Shown piece by piece: positions 9,311-19,861 of a stretch of 64,000 nt of DNA (the stretch's first letter is position 1; the number at the start of each line of letters is the position of its first letter). A program made the position numbers and the translations under genes. This DNA comes from an uncultured Fibrobacterota bacterium (lineage in GTDB: Bacteria > Fibrobacterota > Chitinivibrionia > Chitinivibrionales > FEN-1185): assembly GCA_963753345.1 (NCBI GenBank), contig CAVWBU010000015.1, forward strand, positions 64,001 to 128,000, written 5' to 3'. The notes beneath the pieces are model-generated. The model did no database searches and was not told where the DNA came from. It was given only the letters and a program-made list of their open reading frames with translations.

Positions 9311-12112
9311 ATGAGGTGCAGAGACAAGTTTGTGATGTTGTCGATCATTGCGGCAATCGCCGTATGTTCCGCCGAAACCTATGTCCCGCAGTTCGGCAAC
9401 CGGGTCAAGATCAACTTCGGCGCCACGCCGTGGAAATTCACGAAAGGCGACGCGCTCAACGCCCAGCTCCCGGCTACCAGCGACGCCGCGTGGAGCACGG
9501 TGGGCGTTCCGCACACCTGGAGCGACACGGAATCGTTCAACAACCAGATGGGGGGCGGGGCCACGGGTTCGATGTACGGCGGAGTTGCCTGGTACCGAAA
9601 GCACTTCACGCTTGACAACGGCTATTCCGGCAGAAAACTGTTCGTCGAAATCGAGGGTGCGCACCTGGGCGCTGCGGTATACATCAACGGAACGTTTCTC
9701 CCCGGCAACGACGGCATCAACGCCAATGCAACGCATGTGGTGGGGTTCATCGGGTTTGTCGTGGATATCACGCCGTATGCGAAATTCGGCGGCGCGGACA
9801 ATGTCCTGGCCGTTCGGATGAGCGGCAACGGCGGATTCTTCACCTATCCGGGGTTCTCGATAGACTTCCGGTTCGGCCAGGGAGACTACGGGCTTTTTCG
9901 CCCCGTGTGGCTCCATGTAACCGACCCCGTCCACGTGCCGCTTAACGTGTACTCGGTGCTCAACCAGTGGGGAACCTACGTGGCCACCGTGTCGGCCACC
10001 GACGCGTCGGCAACCATCCGCGTGCTCACGAACGTGAGAAACGACAATGCCGCGGCACAGACCGTCACCCTCACCACCAAGGTGGTTGACGCAGCAAACA
10101 ACGTGGTTTTGACAATGGATACCACCCAGTCGGTGGGAGCGGACACGAATTACGCGTTCGACCAGACCGGAACCATCGCTAACCCGACATTGTGGTATCC
10201 GGCGGGCAGCGCTTTTGGGAAGCCCTACATGTACCGGGTGTACCATATTGTCAAGGTGAACGGGAATGTGGTCGATGTCTTCGAAAGCCCGCTCGGCATA
10301 CGGGTGATCACGTGGGACAAGAACTTCCCGTATATCAACGGCCACCAGCACTACATGTGGGGAGTTTCGGGCCGTTACGACTATCCCGCGCTGGGCACGG
10401 CCGTTCCCGAGGAACAGCAGTGGCGTGACGTGAAGCTCGCCGGCGAATGCAGCGCAAACCTGTGGCGGCCTGGCCATTCTTCGTCGAGTCCGGAGTTTGT
10501 CGCCGCGTGTGACGAGTACGGCGTGATGCTCGTGCAGCCGAGCGGCGAGCTCGAAGGAACGTTCGCCACGGGCAATCTCAACCCCACCAAGCAGGCCTAC
10601 AAGACCCAACTGCACCGGGACATGGTCATCCGCGACAGGAACCATCCGTCGGTCCTTGCGTGGGAAGTGAGCAATGGCCCCATCGATCCCACGTTTGCTT
10701 CCCAGCTCAAGACGGTTGCAAAGACGTGGGATTTTGTCAATACGAGGCCGCAGTCCGACAGGGGAGGGAGCGCGGCGGATCCGACCATCGCAGACCTGAT
10801 CTCCTGTTCCTCGTCCGGCTGCGAGATCGCCATGAAGAACGGACTGCCGAACACCCCGTGCTGGGGTGCCGAGGCTTGGGGCGGCAACCGCACCGCGCGG
10901 TTTGCATGGGATTATGAGATCGCGTTTGCCGGCCAGTACATTCAGAACTGGAGAAAGTCCAGACAGGCGAACTGCTTCGGTCTTGCGCACTGGTATCTTT
11001 GCGAGGCGCCGGGCGAATCAGGCGCGTTCCTGGAAGGTGTTGCGGAAGGCAACGTGCGGTCGTTCGGTTCATCGATGATGGATTTCAACCGCATTCCGAA
11101 GCTGATGTACTACATCTACCAGGCGGCATGGACGCCGTATTCGGTGAAGCCCGTGGTTGCGCTTGCGCATCACTGGAACAGGTCGGGCACCGTTCAGGTC
11201 AATGCATTCAGCAACTGCCCGAGCGTTCAGCTCAGGATCAACGGCAACGCCCAGGGCGCAAAGACCCCGAATGCGTGGACCGGCACGGGCGACGGCACCG
11301 ACCAGAACACCACGCAGCTGCCGTTTCAGTGTTCCTGGAGCGTGTCGTGGGCCGCGGGTACGGTCCGCGCCGAGGGGCTTGACGCAAGCGGAAACGTTGT
11401 CTGCTTTGACGAAAGGACGACCGCGGGCGCACCGGCTAAGATCGTCTTGAGCGTTGAGCCGCCGCTTGTCAAGCCGGACGGCGACACGTTCCAGATCACG
11501 GCCAACGGCAGCGACGCGGCATTCATCCTTGCGAAGGTCGTTGACGCAAACGGAATCTGGTGTCCCACGGCGAGCAATCCGGTAACGTTCTCCGTTTCCG
11601 CGCTGGGCAACTACCGCGGCGGGTCGGACCAGTACGTTACCTCTGGGAAACCCATTGACTACCATTCGCCGCTCGACCCGGAACTTTCCGCAGAAGGCGG
11701 TATGTGCAAAGTTGCGGTGCGCTCAATGTTCACGCCGGGAACGGTGACGGTCACCGCCGCCTCCGCGGGACTGACGTCGGGCACTGCGTCGTTCACCGTG
11801 TATCCCGTGCCTCCGGTTCCGCCGGTTTCTGTCCACAATCCTGTTGCTCTTCCCGGCGCATCCGTCGCGCAGATTGTCCGCATGAGGTCGGTCGGCAACG
11901 GCGTGCGGTATTTCCTCACGAGGCCCGCAGGCGTTTCGTTTGAAATTCTCGACGCCGCAGGCAAGATCGTGCAGAGGACCGCAATCCCGGCGCAGACTCA
12001 GGGATGGCACCTGCTGCGGCTTGATCAGGCGAAAGGTTCAGGGGTTTACATGGTGCGATGCACGGTTGACGGAGGAGGGCGGAACGTGTGCAGGGTGGTG
12101 ATGACGAGGTAG
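9311..12112 (+). CDS. Secreted glycoside hydrolase family 2-like protein with T9SS-like C-terminal domain
   Basis: Signal peptide; WYRKHF, GLFRPVWL and RDRNHPS motifs; HHWN...VNAFSNC (DUF4982-like); C-terminal EILDAAGK...GVYMV. Confidence 0.88.
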   Translation: MRCRDKFVMLSIIAAIAVCSAETYVPQFGNRVKINFGATPWKFTKGDALNAQLPATSDAAWSTVGVPHTWSDTESFNNQMGGGATGSMYGGVAWYRKHFTLDNGYSGRKLFVEIEGAHLGAAVYINGTFLPGNDGINANATHVVGFIGFVVDITPYAKFGGADNVLAVRMSGNGGFFTYPGFSIDFRFGQGDYGLFRPVWLHVTDPVHVPLNVYSVLNQWGTYVATVSATDASATIRVLTNVRNDNAAAQTVTLTTKVVDAANNVVLTMDTTQSVGADTNYAFDQTGTIANPTLWYPAGSAFGKPYMYRVYHIVKVNGNVVDVFESPLGIRVITWDKNFPYINGHQHYMWGVSGRYDYPALGTAVPEEQQWRDVKLAGECSANLWRPGHSSSSPEFVAACDEYGVMLVQPSGELEGTFATGNLNPTKQAYKTQLHRDMVIRDRNHPSVLAWEVSNGPIDPTFASQLKTVAKTWDFVNTRPQSDRGGSAADPTIADLISCSSSGCEIAMKNGLPNTPCWGAEAWGGNRTARFAWDYEIAFAGQYIQNWRKSRQANCFGLAHWYLCEAPGESGAFLEGVAEGNVRSFGSSMMDFNRIPKLMYYIYQAAWTPYSVKPVVALAHHWNRSGTVQVNAFSNCPSVQLRINGNAQGAKTPNAWTGTGDGTDQNTTQLPFQCSWSVSWAAGTVRAEGLDASGNVVCFDERTTAGAPAKIVLSVEPPLVKPDGDTFQITANGSDAAFILAKVVDANGIWCPTASNPVTFSVSALGNYRGGSDQYVTSGKPIDYHSPLDPELSAEGGMCKVAVRSMFTPGTVTVTAASAGLTSGTASFTVYPVPPVPPVSVHNPVALPGASVAQIVRMRSVGNGVRYFLTRPAGVSFEILDAAGKIVQRTAIPAQTQGWHLLRLDQAKGSGVYMVRCTVDGGGRNVCRVVMTR

Positions 12113-12149
12113 TTTGACAAAGCATAAATATCAAGAAGAAGAAAGACTT

Positions 12150-12476
12150 GGGCGTTCCCCAAAAGGAAAGGCGCATTCATATGTGCCTTTCCTTTTGGGT
12201 CGGTCTCCCTCCGGGCTCGGCTGTTCGCCTCGTTGCCGCCTGTCCCAACCGCCTTCGGCTAGGGATCAGGCGGCAATGCGCTCCAGCGCACCCTCCGGTC
12301 CACCTAACGCGCGGGCAGAGTGTGGGGTGCCGATGACCTTCCAATTCTGATTGACAAAGTATACTTTTTCAGGCGGAGCGCAGGCGTTGCGCCTCGCGCA
12401 GGTTGCGGCGCTTTTACAAACTTCTTAACTGCTCAACTTCTCAACCTCTCAACTTTCTTCTCGCGGTGCCCCCCCA
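12150..12476. repeat. Structured repeat mosaic: A(-) 12150-12316, C fragment ~12351-12411, CAAC tandem 12417-12456, GGTGCCCCC end
   Basis: gggcgttcccc...ggtccacctaacgcgcgg; gcgttgcgcctcgcgca is shared with the copy at 18752. Confidence 0.85.
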
Positions 12477-12538
12477 GATAGTCTTTTTTTGCTCTACTAG
12501 ATACTCTTTCTCTTTTTCGAAATCTCCCAACAAAATTC

Positions 12539-12580
12539 TTGACACGTTACCCCTATATGTGTATATTATACACGTCACCC
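12539..12580 (+). promoter_or_regulatory. Sigma70-type lexA promoter with overlapping palindrome (candidate LexA operator)
   Basis: TTGACA(12539)-N17-TATATT(12562); palindrome GTGTATA-T-TATACAC at 12559-12573; direct repeat ACACGTYACCC. Confidence 0.6.
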
Positions 12581-12615
12581 ATGTATACTATCCACCCACC
12601 CAATGGAACCACGAA

Positions 12616-13293
12616 ATGACATCTGCCATGAATATCAGCAGTGCAGGCGAGGGCGATAAAACCGTCACCGAAACTGCGCTCACAAAGAAGCAGAAAATGG
12701 TGCTCGACTTCATCGAGTCGCGGTACGTGGAGGCGGGGAGAGCGCCCACGTACGAAGAAATCGCGGCAAAGTTCAAATGGCGCTCGGCAAATTCCGTCAC
12801 CAACCATGTCGCTGCGCTGCGAGAAAAGGGCTACATCGCCGAGACAGGAGGCAAAAACCGTCACGTGACGCCCACGCGCATCGTGCGCATGCATCCGCGG
12901 CAGACCACGCGAATTCCTCTTATCGGCAGCATTGCGGCCGGCGCGCCCATCGAGGCGATAGAAAATGTTGAGACCTGGTTCGAATGGGACGCGCTCGGCG
13001 TCACCAACGAGCGGGGAGACAAGTTCGCGTTGCGCGTAAAGGGCAATTCCATGGTCAACCGCGGCATCCGCAACGGTGACATCGTGGTGGTGCAGCGCCA
13101 GTCGTTCGTCACGCGGCGCGACGTTGCCGCGGTGCGCGTGGGCAGCGAAGTCACGCTCAAGTATGTAAAGCAGGAGGCAAACAGCATAAGGCTCATACCC
13201 GACAACGACTTCGTTGCGCCATTGACCGTCGCGCCGACAGATGATTTCGAGGTTATGGGGAAGGTGGTAAGGCTATTTAGAGAGGATATATAA
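12616..13293 (+). CDS. lexA: SOS repressor LexA
   Basis: wHTH (LTKKQ...PTYEEIA...HVAALREKGYI), Ala-Gly cleavage site IAAG, catalytic Ser (GNSM) and Lys (TLK). Start could also be 12628. Confidence 0.93.
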   Translation: MTSAMNISSAGEGDKTVTETALTKKQKMVLDFIESRYVEAGRAPTYEEIAAKFKWRSANSVTNHVAALREKGYIAETGGKNRHVTPTRIVRMHPRQTTRIPLIGSIAAGAPIEAIENVETWFEWDALGVTNERGDKFALRVKGNSMVNRGIRNGDIVVVQRQSFVTRRDVAAVRVGSEVTLKYVKQEANSIRLIPDNDFVAPLTVAPTDDFEVMGKVVRLFREDI

Positions 13294-13312
13294 CTAAAAT
13301 AATAAATAAGAT

Positions 13313-13746
13313 GGGCGTTCCCTTGGCAGAGGCGCAAGATTTTTCGCCTCTGCCAAGGGCGGCCCTCGCTCCGGTCTCGGCCTTCGGCCTCGGGCGGCCT
13401 GCCACAAAGGCCCTGCGGGCCGTGGTCAGGCCGCACCGTGCTCCAGCGCGGCCTCCGTTCCGGCCTAACGCGGCGCAGAGGTTTGTTGGCCTGTCTGTTT
13501 TATTCTGCATCCGCCCTAACTTTTTGCAGGTTTTTAAACAGATTGGCGCGAGATGTGATATTGACAGAATAGACTTCAGTTGCCGCGCGTTAGGTGGACT
13601 GGAGGGTGAGCAAGAGCGAATTGCCGGCCGACCCCGGCCGAAGGCCCTCGGGGCGGTCCGGCAACGAGGCGAAAGCCGAGCCCGGAAGGAGACCGACCCC
13701 AGGTAGGAGGCGAACGGCCGTGCGCCTCTACTTGGGGAAACGTCCC
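13313..13746. repeat. Back-to-back A(-) 13313-13476, linker 13541-13577, A(+) 13582-13746
   Basis: Two divergent module A copies between lexA and dnaE2. Confidence 0.9.
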
Positions 13747-13781
13747 AACTCTTATAATAATAATAATGAAAAAACATAAAC

Positions 13782-16700
13782 ATGAACTTCATCCACCTCC
13801 ACACCCACTCCGAATACTCCTTCCACGCCGGGGTCCCTAAAGTAAAGGAACTCGTGGCCGCGGCAAGGGCGCACGGCATGGCCGCGCTGGCCCTCACCGA
13901 CACAAACCGCATGAGCGGGCTCATCGATTTTTACGTTTTGTGCCTTGAAAACGGCATAAAGCCCATCCTCGGGGTTGAACTCACCGATCCGAAACACGAC
14001 TGTGACAACATAGTGGTCGCTCGCAAAGAACAAAAACGGCTACGCAGACATGTGCGAGGTCATCACGCAGCGCCAGCTGCACCCGGAGACATTTGCATTC
14101 GGCAGGGTGTTTACAAAGGAATATCCTGACCTTTTTCTTCTTACGTCTTCGCCGCGCCTGCTGCGCGAGCTGGCCGCAACGCCGAATGCAAGGAACCTGT
14201 ACGCGGAGATGCTCCATCTCGATGCTGCCTCACGCGATGAGGCAAAGAAACTCTGCTTTATTGCGCAGCAGTTCGGCGTTCCGCTTGTTGCGGCCAACAA
14301 CGTCCATTTTCTTGCAAAGCAGGACTGGGAGACGCACCGGATACTTGCGCGCCATAGGCCATGTGTTCAACGCTGTCGCGGCTTAAACCGGAAGAGGTGA
14401 TGGCCGACGCCGCGTATTTCTGCACGGCTGAAGAAATGTGCGAACGGTTTCCCGGCCACGTCGAAGCGCTTGTCAATACCGCCAGGATCGCAGACCAGTG
14501 CAGGGCCGATCTGGAACTGGGCAACTGGATCTTCCCCAGAATTTCCGTGCCCGACGGTTTTACACCCGAGCAGTACCTGGAGAAGGTCGCGCGAGACGGG
14601 CTCGAACGCAGATACGGAGCCACACCTTCGTACCCAAAGGCAAAAGAGATTCAGGAAAAGGAGCTCGCGGTTATCAACAAACTCGGGTTTTCCTCATACT
14701 TCCTTATGGTAAAACAGGTGCGCGACTGGGCAAACAGCCGCTATAGCGGAGGGTTTAGAAAACCTGACGACTGCACTCTCATGCGCGGGTCTGCCGCAAA
14801 CAGCATCACGTTTTACAACATAGGTGCAAGCGATTTGGACCCGGTGCGTTACAACCTCTACTTCGAGCGGTTTCTCAACGAAGAACGGGCAAGCCCGCCC
14901 GATGCCGATCTCGATTTCGGCTGGGACGAGCGCGACGCGGCGTTCGACTACTTTGTCAATACGTGGGGCCGCGACCGCGTGGCCGTGATCTGCACGGTCA
15001 ACCACATGAAGCGCCGCGCCGCATTCCGCGAGGTCGCCAAAGTTTTCGGCTTTAGCGAGGAACAGGTGACCGGTCTTCTGGAGCACCGCGTTCTGCCCGA
15101 GCACGACCCGGACATCCAGCGCATACTCGCGTACGCAAACAGGGTGCGCGGCAAGCCGCGGTTCCTGGGCCAGCACCCGGGCGGCATCGTCGTGACCAAC
15201 GGCCCGGTATGGCGGCACGTGGCGTGCGAATATTCCGGCGGCGTCAAGAACAGGGTCGTCACGCAGATCGACATGCATTCCGGTATCGACGAGCTCGGGC
15301 TCATCAAGTTCGACATCCTCGGCAACGGCAGCCTTTCGGTGCTGCGCGACACGCTGTTCCAGATAGAGAAACAGGGCCACGCCGATCCCCGCGTATGGGA
15401 CGCGCAGTACGTGCAGAACGATCCTGCGGTGCTCGACATGATCGAAAATGGCCGCACGCGCGGCATTTTCTACATCGAGTCCCCTGCGCAGATGAAGCTC
15501 AACAGGCAGGCTCTGGCGCGCAGCTTCGAGGAGATCGGCATCACGTCGAGCGCGGTGCGGCCGGCAGGAGCACAGTACACAAAAGTGTTTGTGGAACGCC
15601 ACCGCAAAATGAAGCAGGGGATTGTCGATTGGAAATTTGTACACCCGTCGCTTGAGCCCATATTGTCCGAAACGCACGACTGTCTGGTATACCAGGAAGA
15701 TGTGGTGAAGATCTGCAGGGAGATCGCGGGGATGAACTTTAAGCGCGCCGACCGCGTGCGTAAGATGATGAACAGCCAGCACGACGGCGCGCCCGACGAT
15801 TACGAGGCGGTCGCCAGGGAATTCATGGAGGGCTGCATGGCGCATAAGGGATTGTCGCGGCCGCAGGCCGGCGAATTGTGGGAGCGGGTGAGCTCGTTCG
15901 TGGGGTTTTCCTTCTGTAAATCGCACAGCCTTAGCTATGCCATACTGTCGTTCAAGTGCGCCTTTCTCAAGGCGCATTATCCGGCGCAGTTCATGGCGTC
16001 GGTGATTTCCAACCTGCACGGATTTTACTCTACCGACACCTACCTCAACGAGGCACGGCGGCTGGGCATCACCATAAACCCCGTCCACATCAACGCGAGC
16101 AGGGTCGAAAGCCGCGGCAAGGGGCGGTTTCTTACCGTGGGACTCATGCACGTCAAGGGTATGAGCGTCCGCACCCTGCGGTCAATTATTGACGAACGCG
16201 CTGGAAACGGCCCGTTCCGCGGCCTTCTCGATTTCATCCGGCGCACCACCACGGGAAAAAGCGAGATCGAGAAGCTTGTGCGGGCCGGATGCTTCGACGG
16301 GTTCAACCTGAACCGGCCCGAGCTTCTCGCCCTGCTCGACGCAGCGTACGGCGGAGCGTGCGGCGCGCGCGATGCGCGCAGCGCAGAGAGTGACCTGTTC
16401 GGCGGCCTGCGGCCGTCCGATATGGATCTGCACCCCGGCCTTTCCGATTATTCCCTTACGCGCAAATGTCTTGACGAACTGGAACTTCTCGGGTTCATGC
16501 TGTCGGGCAACATCCTCGACATCCTGGATCTGCACCCCGAGGCGCGAAATGCGGTGCTGTGCGGCGATGTCGCTAAGCACGCAGGCCGCGGGGTGAAAGT
16601 GTTCGGGTGGCCCATCACGTCGCGCGTGCATCCGGTGCCGGGCAGGGGAGACATGAAGTTCATCACCGTGGAGGACAAGTCGGGCTGCGCCGACGTCGTG

Positions 16701-16928
16701 CTGTGGCCCGACGTTTACAAACAGTACGCCGATGTCACGCTGAGGCCGGGCCCGTTCGCCATTTCCGGTTATGTCAAGGAACAATTCGGCGTCCCGTCCG
16801 TGTTCGCGCAATCGATACGCGGGGTGGAGTGGTCGCCGTCCATCGTGGATTTCGAGCTGGCGAGCAAGAGATTGATGAAGTCTTACAATGAGGAATTTGT
16901 ATACAGAGATGCAATTAAGGCAGCATAG
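13782..16928 (+). CDS. dnaE2: Error-prone DNA polymerase III alpha (DnaE2-type), with three +1 frameshifts at ~14018, 14347 and 14360
   Basis: PHP domain HLHTHSEYS, RGSAANS signature, PDADLDF and GLIKFDILG catalytic motifs. Removing three single bases restores IVVLAKNKNGYADMCE and HRILRAIGMCSTL. Confidence 0.88.
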
Positions 16929-16945
16929 ATATAAATAAAATTTTA

Positions 16946-17251
16946 GTGGGGGAAGGCTCCCCCTCGCTTCGGCTCGGCGCTCGTATTTTCAAAGTTCATC
17001 TCATTCCGCGCCGGTCCTACGCTACCCCCTCGTGGGTAGCCCCCTAGAGAGTTGATTGGCAAGAATGAAACTTGGACTGCGGGGGCACCAAGAAAGAGAG
17101 TTGACAGTTGAAAGTTGGAGGCTGGCGCAAGAAATACCAATTAACTGAATAAATTACTCCTGCCGTGCGTTAGGCAGCCCGAGGCCGAAGGCCGAGACCG
17201 GAAGGACGGCCGACCCGACCCCGAGCTTAGTCGAGGGGAAGGGGAACGCCC
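16946..17251. repeat. Mosaic: B 16946-17098, GTTGA tandem 17100-17118, internally deleted A(+) 17162-17251
   Basis: gtgggggaagg...ccccctcgtgggtagcccc...gggggcacc, then gcgttaggcagcccgagg...gggaacgccc. Confidence 0.88.
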
Positions 17252-17283
17252 TGCTTTAAGCTTTAATTGCAGAAAAAGAACAA

Positions 17284-18489
17284 ATGAACTGGTATATAAG
17301 CATTTACATTCAGGATTTTCCGGCCCAAGCATACGCGGCGTATCACCCAGAAATAGTGGGCATGCCGTATGTGATGGCCCGTCAGCGGGCCGACAGCCAC
17401 AAGAGCGTGGTGACGTCGCTGTCGCCCGAGGCGCAGGCCAGGGGGATCTATCACGGGTTTTCGGTTGCGCGCCTTAAAGAACGCTTCGGCGACGTTCGTA
17501 TTGTACAGGAAGACCCATCGCTCGCGGCCGCAATCGCCGGCGATCTCGGCGCGGTACTGGCCGCGTTCTCGCCCGATGTGCGTGTGGACAAACGCGGAAA
17601 CGCTCTTGTCAACGTGAGCGGCATGCAGCGGCTTCTGGCGGCGCGGTTTGGAACGCTGCCCGGAGAAATCCGCGCCGCTGTGAAATCGGTACTGGCCCTG
17701 CGCGCCTGCGCATGCGGCGCGGCCGCGTCGCCGTACGTGGCGTTTATGGCCGCCCGCGCAGCCGCGCCCGACGGCGTTGTCGTATGCGAACAGGGCGCCG
17801 AGGCGGCCATGCTCGCGCCGGTCGCGGCAGCGGCCCTGCCCGGCCTTTCCGATGGCGTAAAGCAGCGGCTCGCCGATTACAATATACGCACGGTCGCCGA
17901 CATTCAACGGCTTTCCGAGGGTTTTTGTGCGGCCAGGTTCGGCGAGGAAGGCGTACGGCTGCACGCCATGGCGCACGGCATGTTCCTCGAAGCTCGGCCG
18001 CTGTCCGCCCCTCCTGACATCGAATACGGCCGCACGCTCGCGCGCGACGAGAACGACGCTGCCGCACTGAAGAGCCATATACGATACATTGCAGACAGGC
18101 TCGCGTTCGAGCTGCACGCGGCCCAAAAGCAGGCCGGCAGCGTGGCGTTTACGGTGCGCTATTCCGACAACAAGGCCGTGCGGCGCTCCATGAGGCTTTT
18201 GTCGCCCACGGCAGATTTCACCACGCTGTACGAATGCTGCTGCCGGCTGTTTGCGCAGGCCTGCGACCGTCGCATCGCGGTGCGGCGGCTGTCGGCGTCG
18301 GCGCGGCCGTTTGACGAACGCGAATGCCAGCTCGATCTGTTCGACAACGCGGCGCAGGTGAAGCAGGAGAACATCGGCAGGAGCATAGGGGAGATACGGG
18401 TGAGGATGGGGTTTGGGATTGTAAGAAATGGCAATATAGAATACAATGCCGTCGGGGGAGAGGTACAGCCTGTCTCAAAACCCAGTTGA
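17284..18489 (+). CDS. ImuB-like, probably catalytically inactive Y-family polymerase
   Basis: Y-family/IMS layout (SPEAQARGI, LPGL, little-finger VRYSD, QLDLF clamp motif), but the catalytic HIDMDAF and SxDE motifs are replaced by IYIQDFP and VDKRG. Confidence 0.8.
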   Translation: MNWYISIYIQDFPAQAYAAYHPEIVGMPYVMARQRADSHKSVVTSLSPEAQARGIYHGFSVARLKERFGDVRIVQEDPSLAAAIAGDLGAVLAAFSPDVRVDKRGNALVNVSGMQRLLAARFGTLPGEIRAAVKSVLALRACACGAAASPYVAFMAARAAAPDGVVVCEQGAEAAMLAPVAAAALPGLSDGVKQRLADYNIRTVADIQRLSEGFCAARFGEEGVRLHAMAHGMFLEARPLSAPPDIEYGRTLARDENDAAALKSHIRYIADRLAFELHAAQKQAGSVAFTVRYSDNKAVRRSMRLLSPTADFTTLYECCCRLFAQACDRRIAVRRLSASARPFDERECQLDLFDNAAQVKQENIGRSIGEIRVRMGFGIVRNGNIEYNAVGGEVQPVSKPS

Positions 18490-18863
18490 AGAGCTGGGCG
18501 CCTGCCTTCGGCACCGGTTCTCCTTCCGGTCTCGGCCGCAGGCCTCGGGCTGCCTGCCACGAAGGCCCTGCGGGCCGTGGTCAGGCAGCACCGCGCTTTG
18601 GCGCGGCCTCCAGTCGCCCCTGGCGCGCGGCAGAAGCGCATTACCGCAATTGTACTTGACGCTAGCGAAAGAGGGACAGTAAATTTTATCGCCGCAGAGC
18701 GGCATACCATAGCGAAGGCGTTGCGGAAACGTGACGCGCGCAATGCGCAAGCGTTGCGCCTCGCGCACGTTTCTGCTGGAAAGGGTGTGGGTGCAGATCG
18801 CCGCACGCCGTGTCGGCGGGCGGAAGCTGCACCCAGGGGAAACCGCGCAGCGGTGTCCCCACC
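18451..18863. repeat. Mosaic: D tail 18451-18495, A(-) 18496-18631, C(+) 18656-18863
   Basis: Same architecture as 54477-54916. The D tail overlaps the last codons of the ImuB-like gene. Confidence 0.88.
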
Positions 18864-18889
18864 AGATATTTTCACTAATATTGATTTCT

Positions 18890-19825
18890 ATGGAAACTAA
18901 ACCTACTAAATGGCACCCCTTCGAAATCCCGCCGGACATAACTTCGCAGGGATTTTACATCGGCACGTCAGGCTATTACTTTGACGACTGGATCGGGGTG
19001 TTCAATCCGCCAAGGCCTAAACGTTTGCAAAAAGCGGAAGACATTGCGCCTCGCGAGGACTTCGACCGTCTCATGTTTTGCCAGAAGTACTTTCGCCTTA
19101 TTGAAATAAATTCAAGTTTTTACATGGAGCCGGCCAAACAGACGTACCTTGACATGGAACGCCGCAGCCTGGTAAACTCCCTGTTTGCGGTAAAGGCGCA
19201 CCAGAGCGTGTCGCACACAAAGGAATGGGACGCACAGAAGTCAAAAGAAATGATGGAGCGCCACATCGATGCGGTGGCGCCGCTCGTGGAGTCCGGACGG
19301 TTTTACAGTTTTCTGATCCAGCTTGAAGACCGCAACGCGCACAGCCTCAGAAAGCTGGACTACTTGCTTGCGGTATGCGAACCAGCGACAAGCAGGAAAA
19401 TCGACGTGCACATCGAATTCAGGCATATCACCTGGCACCGCGAGGCTGTACTGCAGAAGCTCAAGGACTTCGGGATAGGCATCTGCAACACCGATATGCC
19501 GCAGTTTCCGCATGTGTTTCCGCTCAAGGCGTATGCCACGACGCCAAAGGGCTATGTTCGATATTCGGGAAGGAATATGGACAGCTGGTATCCAAAAGAC
19601 AAGGCGAAAACCGCCCGCGAGCGGCTTGCCCAGCGCAACAACCGTTACGATTACCGATATAGCGGGGACGAAATTGAACAGCATGCGGCGGATCAGATCA
19701 AACTGGCGCAAAAGACGAATGTCGTTGCAGCGGCGTACAACAACCATTTCAATGCACAGGCGGTGCAGAATGCAATCGAGAACATCAAAGTGCTCAATGA
19801 AAAGTTGAGGGAGGGAAAGTCATAA
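18890..19825 (+). CDS. DUF72 (YecE-like) protein
   Basis: YIGTSGYYFDDW, IEINSSFY, FAVKAHQ, IEFRH, YDYRYS and YNNH motifs. Confidence 0.88.
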   Translation: METKPTKWHPFEIPPDITSQGFYIGTSGYYFDDWIGVFNPPRPKRLQKAEDIAPREDFDRLMFCQKYFRLIEINSSFYMEPAKQTYLDMERRSLVNSLFAVKAHQSVSHTKEWDAQKSKEMMERHIDAVAPLVESGRFYSFLIQLEDRNAHSLRKLDYLLAVCEPATSRKIDVHIEFRHITWHREAVLQKLKDFGIGICNTDMPQFPHVFPLKAYATTPKGYVRYSGRNMDSWYPKDKAKTARERLAQRNNRYDYRYSGDEIEQHAADQIKLAQKTNVVAAAYNNHFNAQAVQNAIENIKVLNEKLREGKS

Positions 19826-19861
19826 CGCATTGATCCGTACAACGTGTTGCGTTCTCGACTT

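Noticed and set aside
13561-13590. TTGACA in the linker and in module C as -35 promoter boxes
   Set aside because: There is no -10 hexamer at 16-18 nt spacing; the downstream sequence is GC-rich.
13585-13600. GTTAGGY in module A as an integron attC core site
   Set aside because: The GTT is not conserved (GCCAGG and GCTAGG variants), and there is no matching RYYYAAC at the other end.
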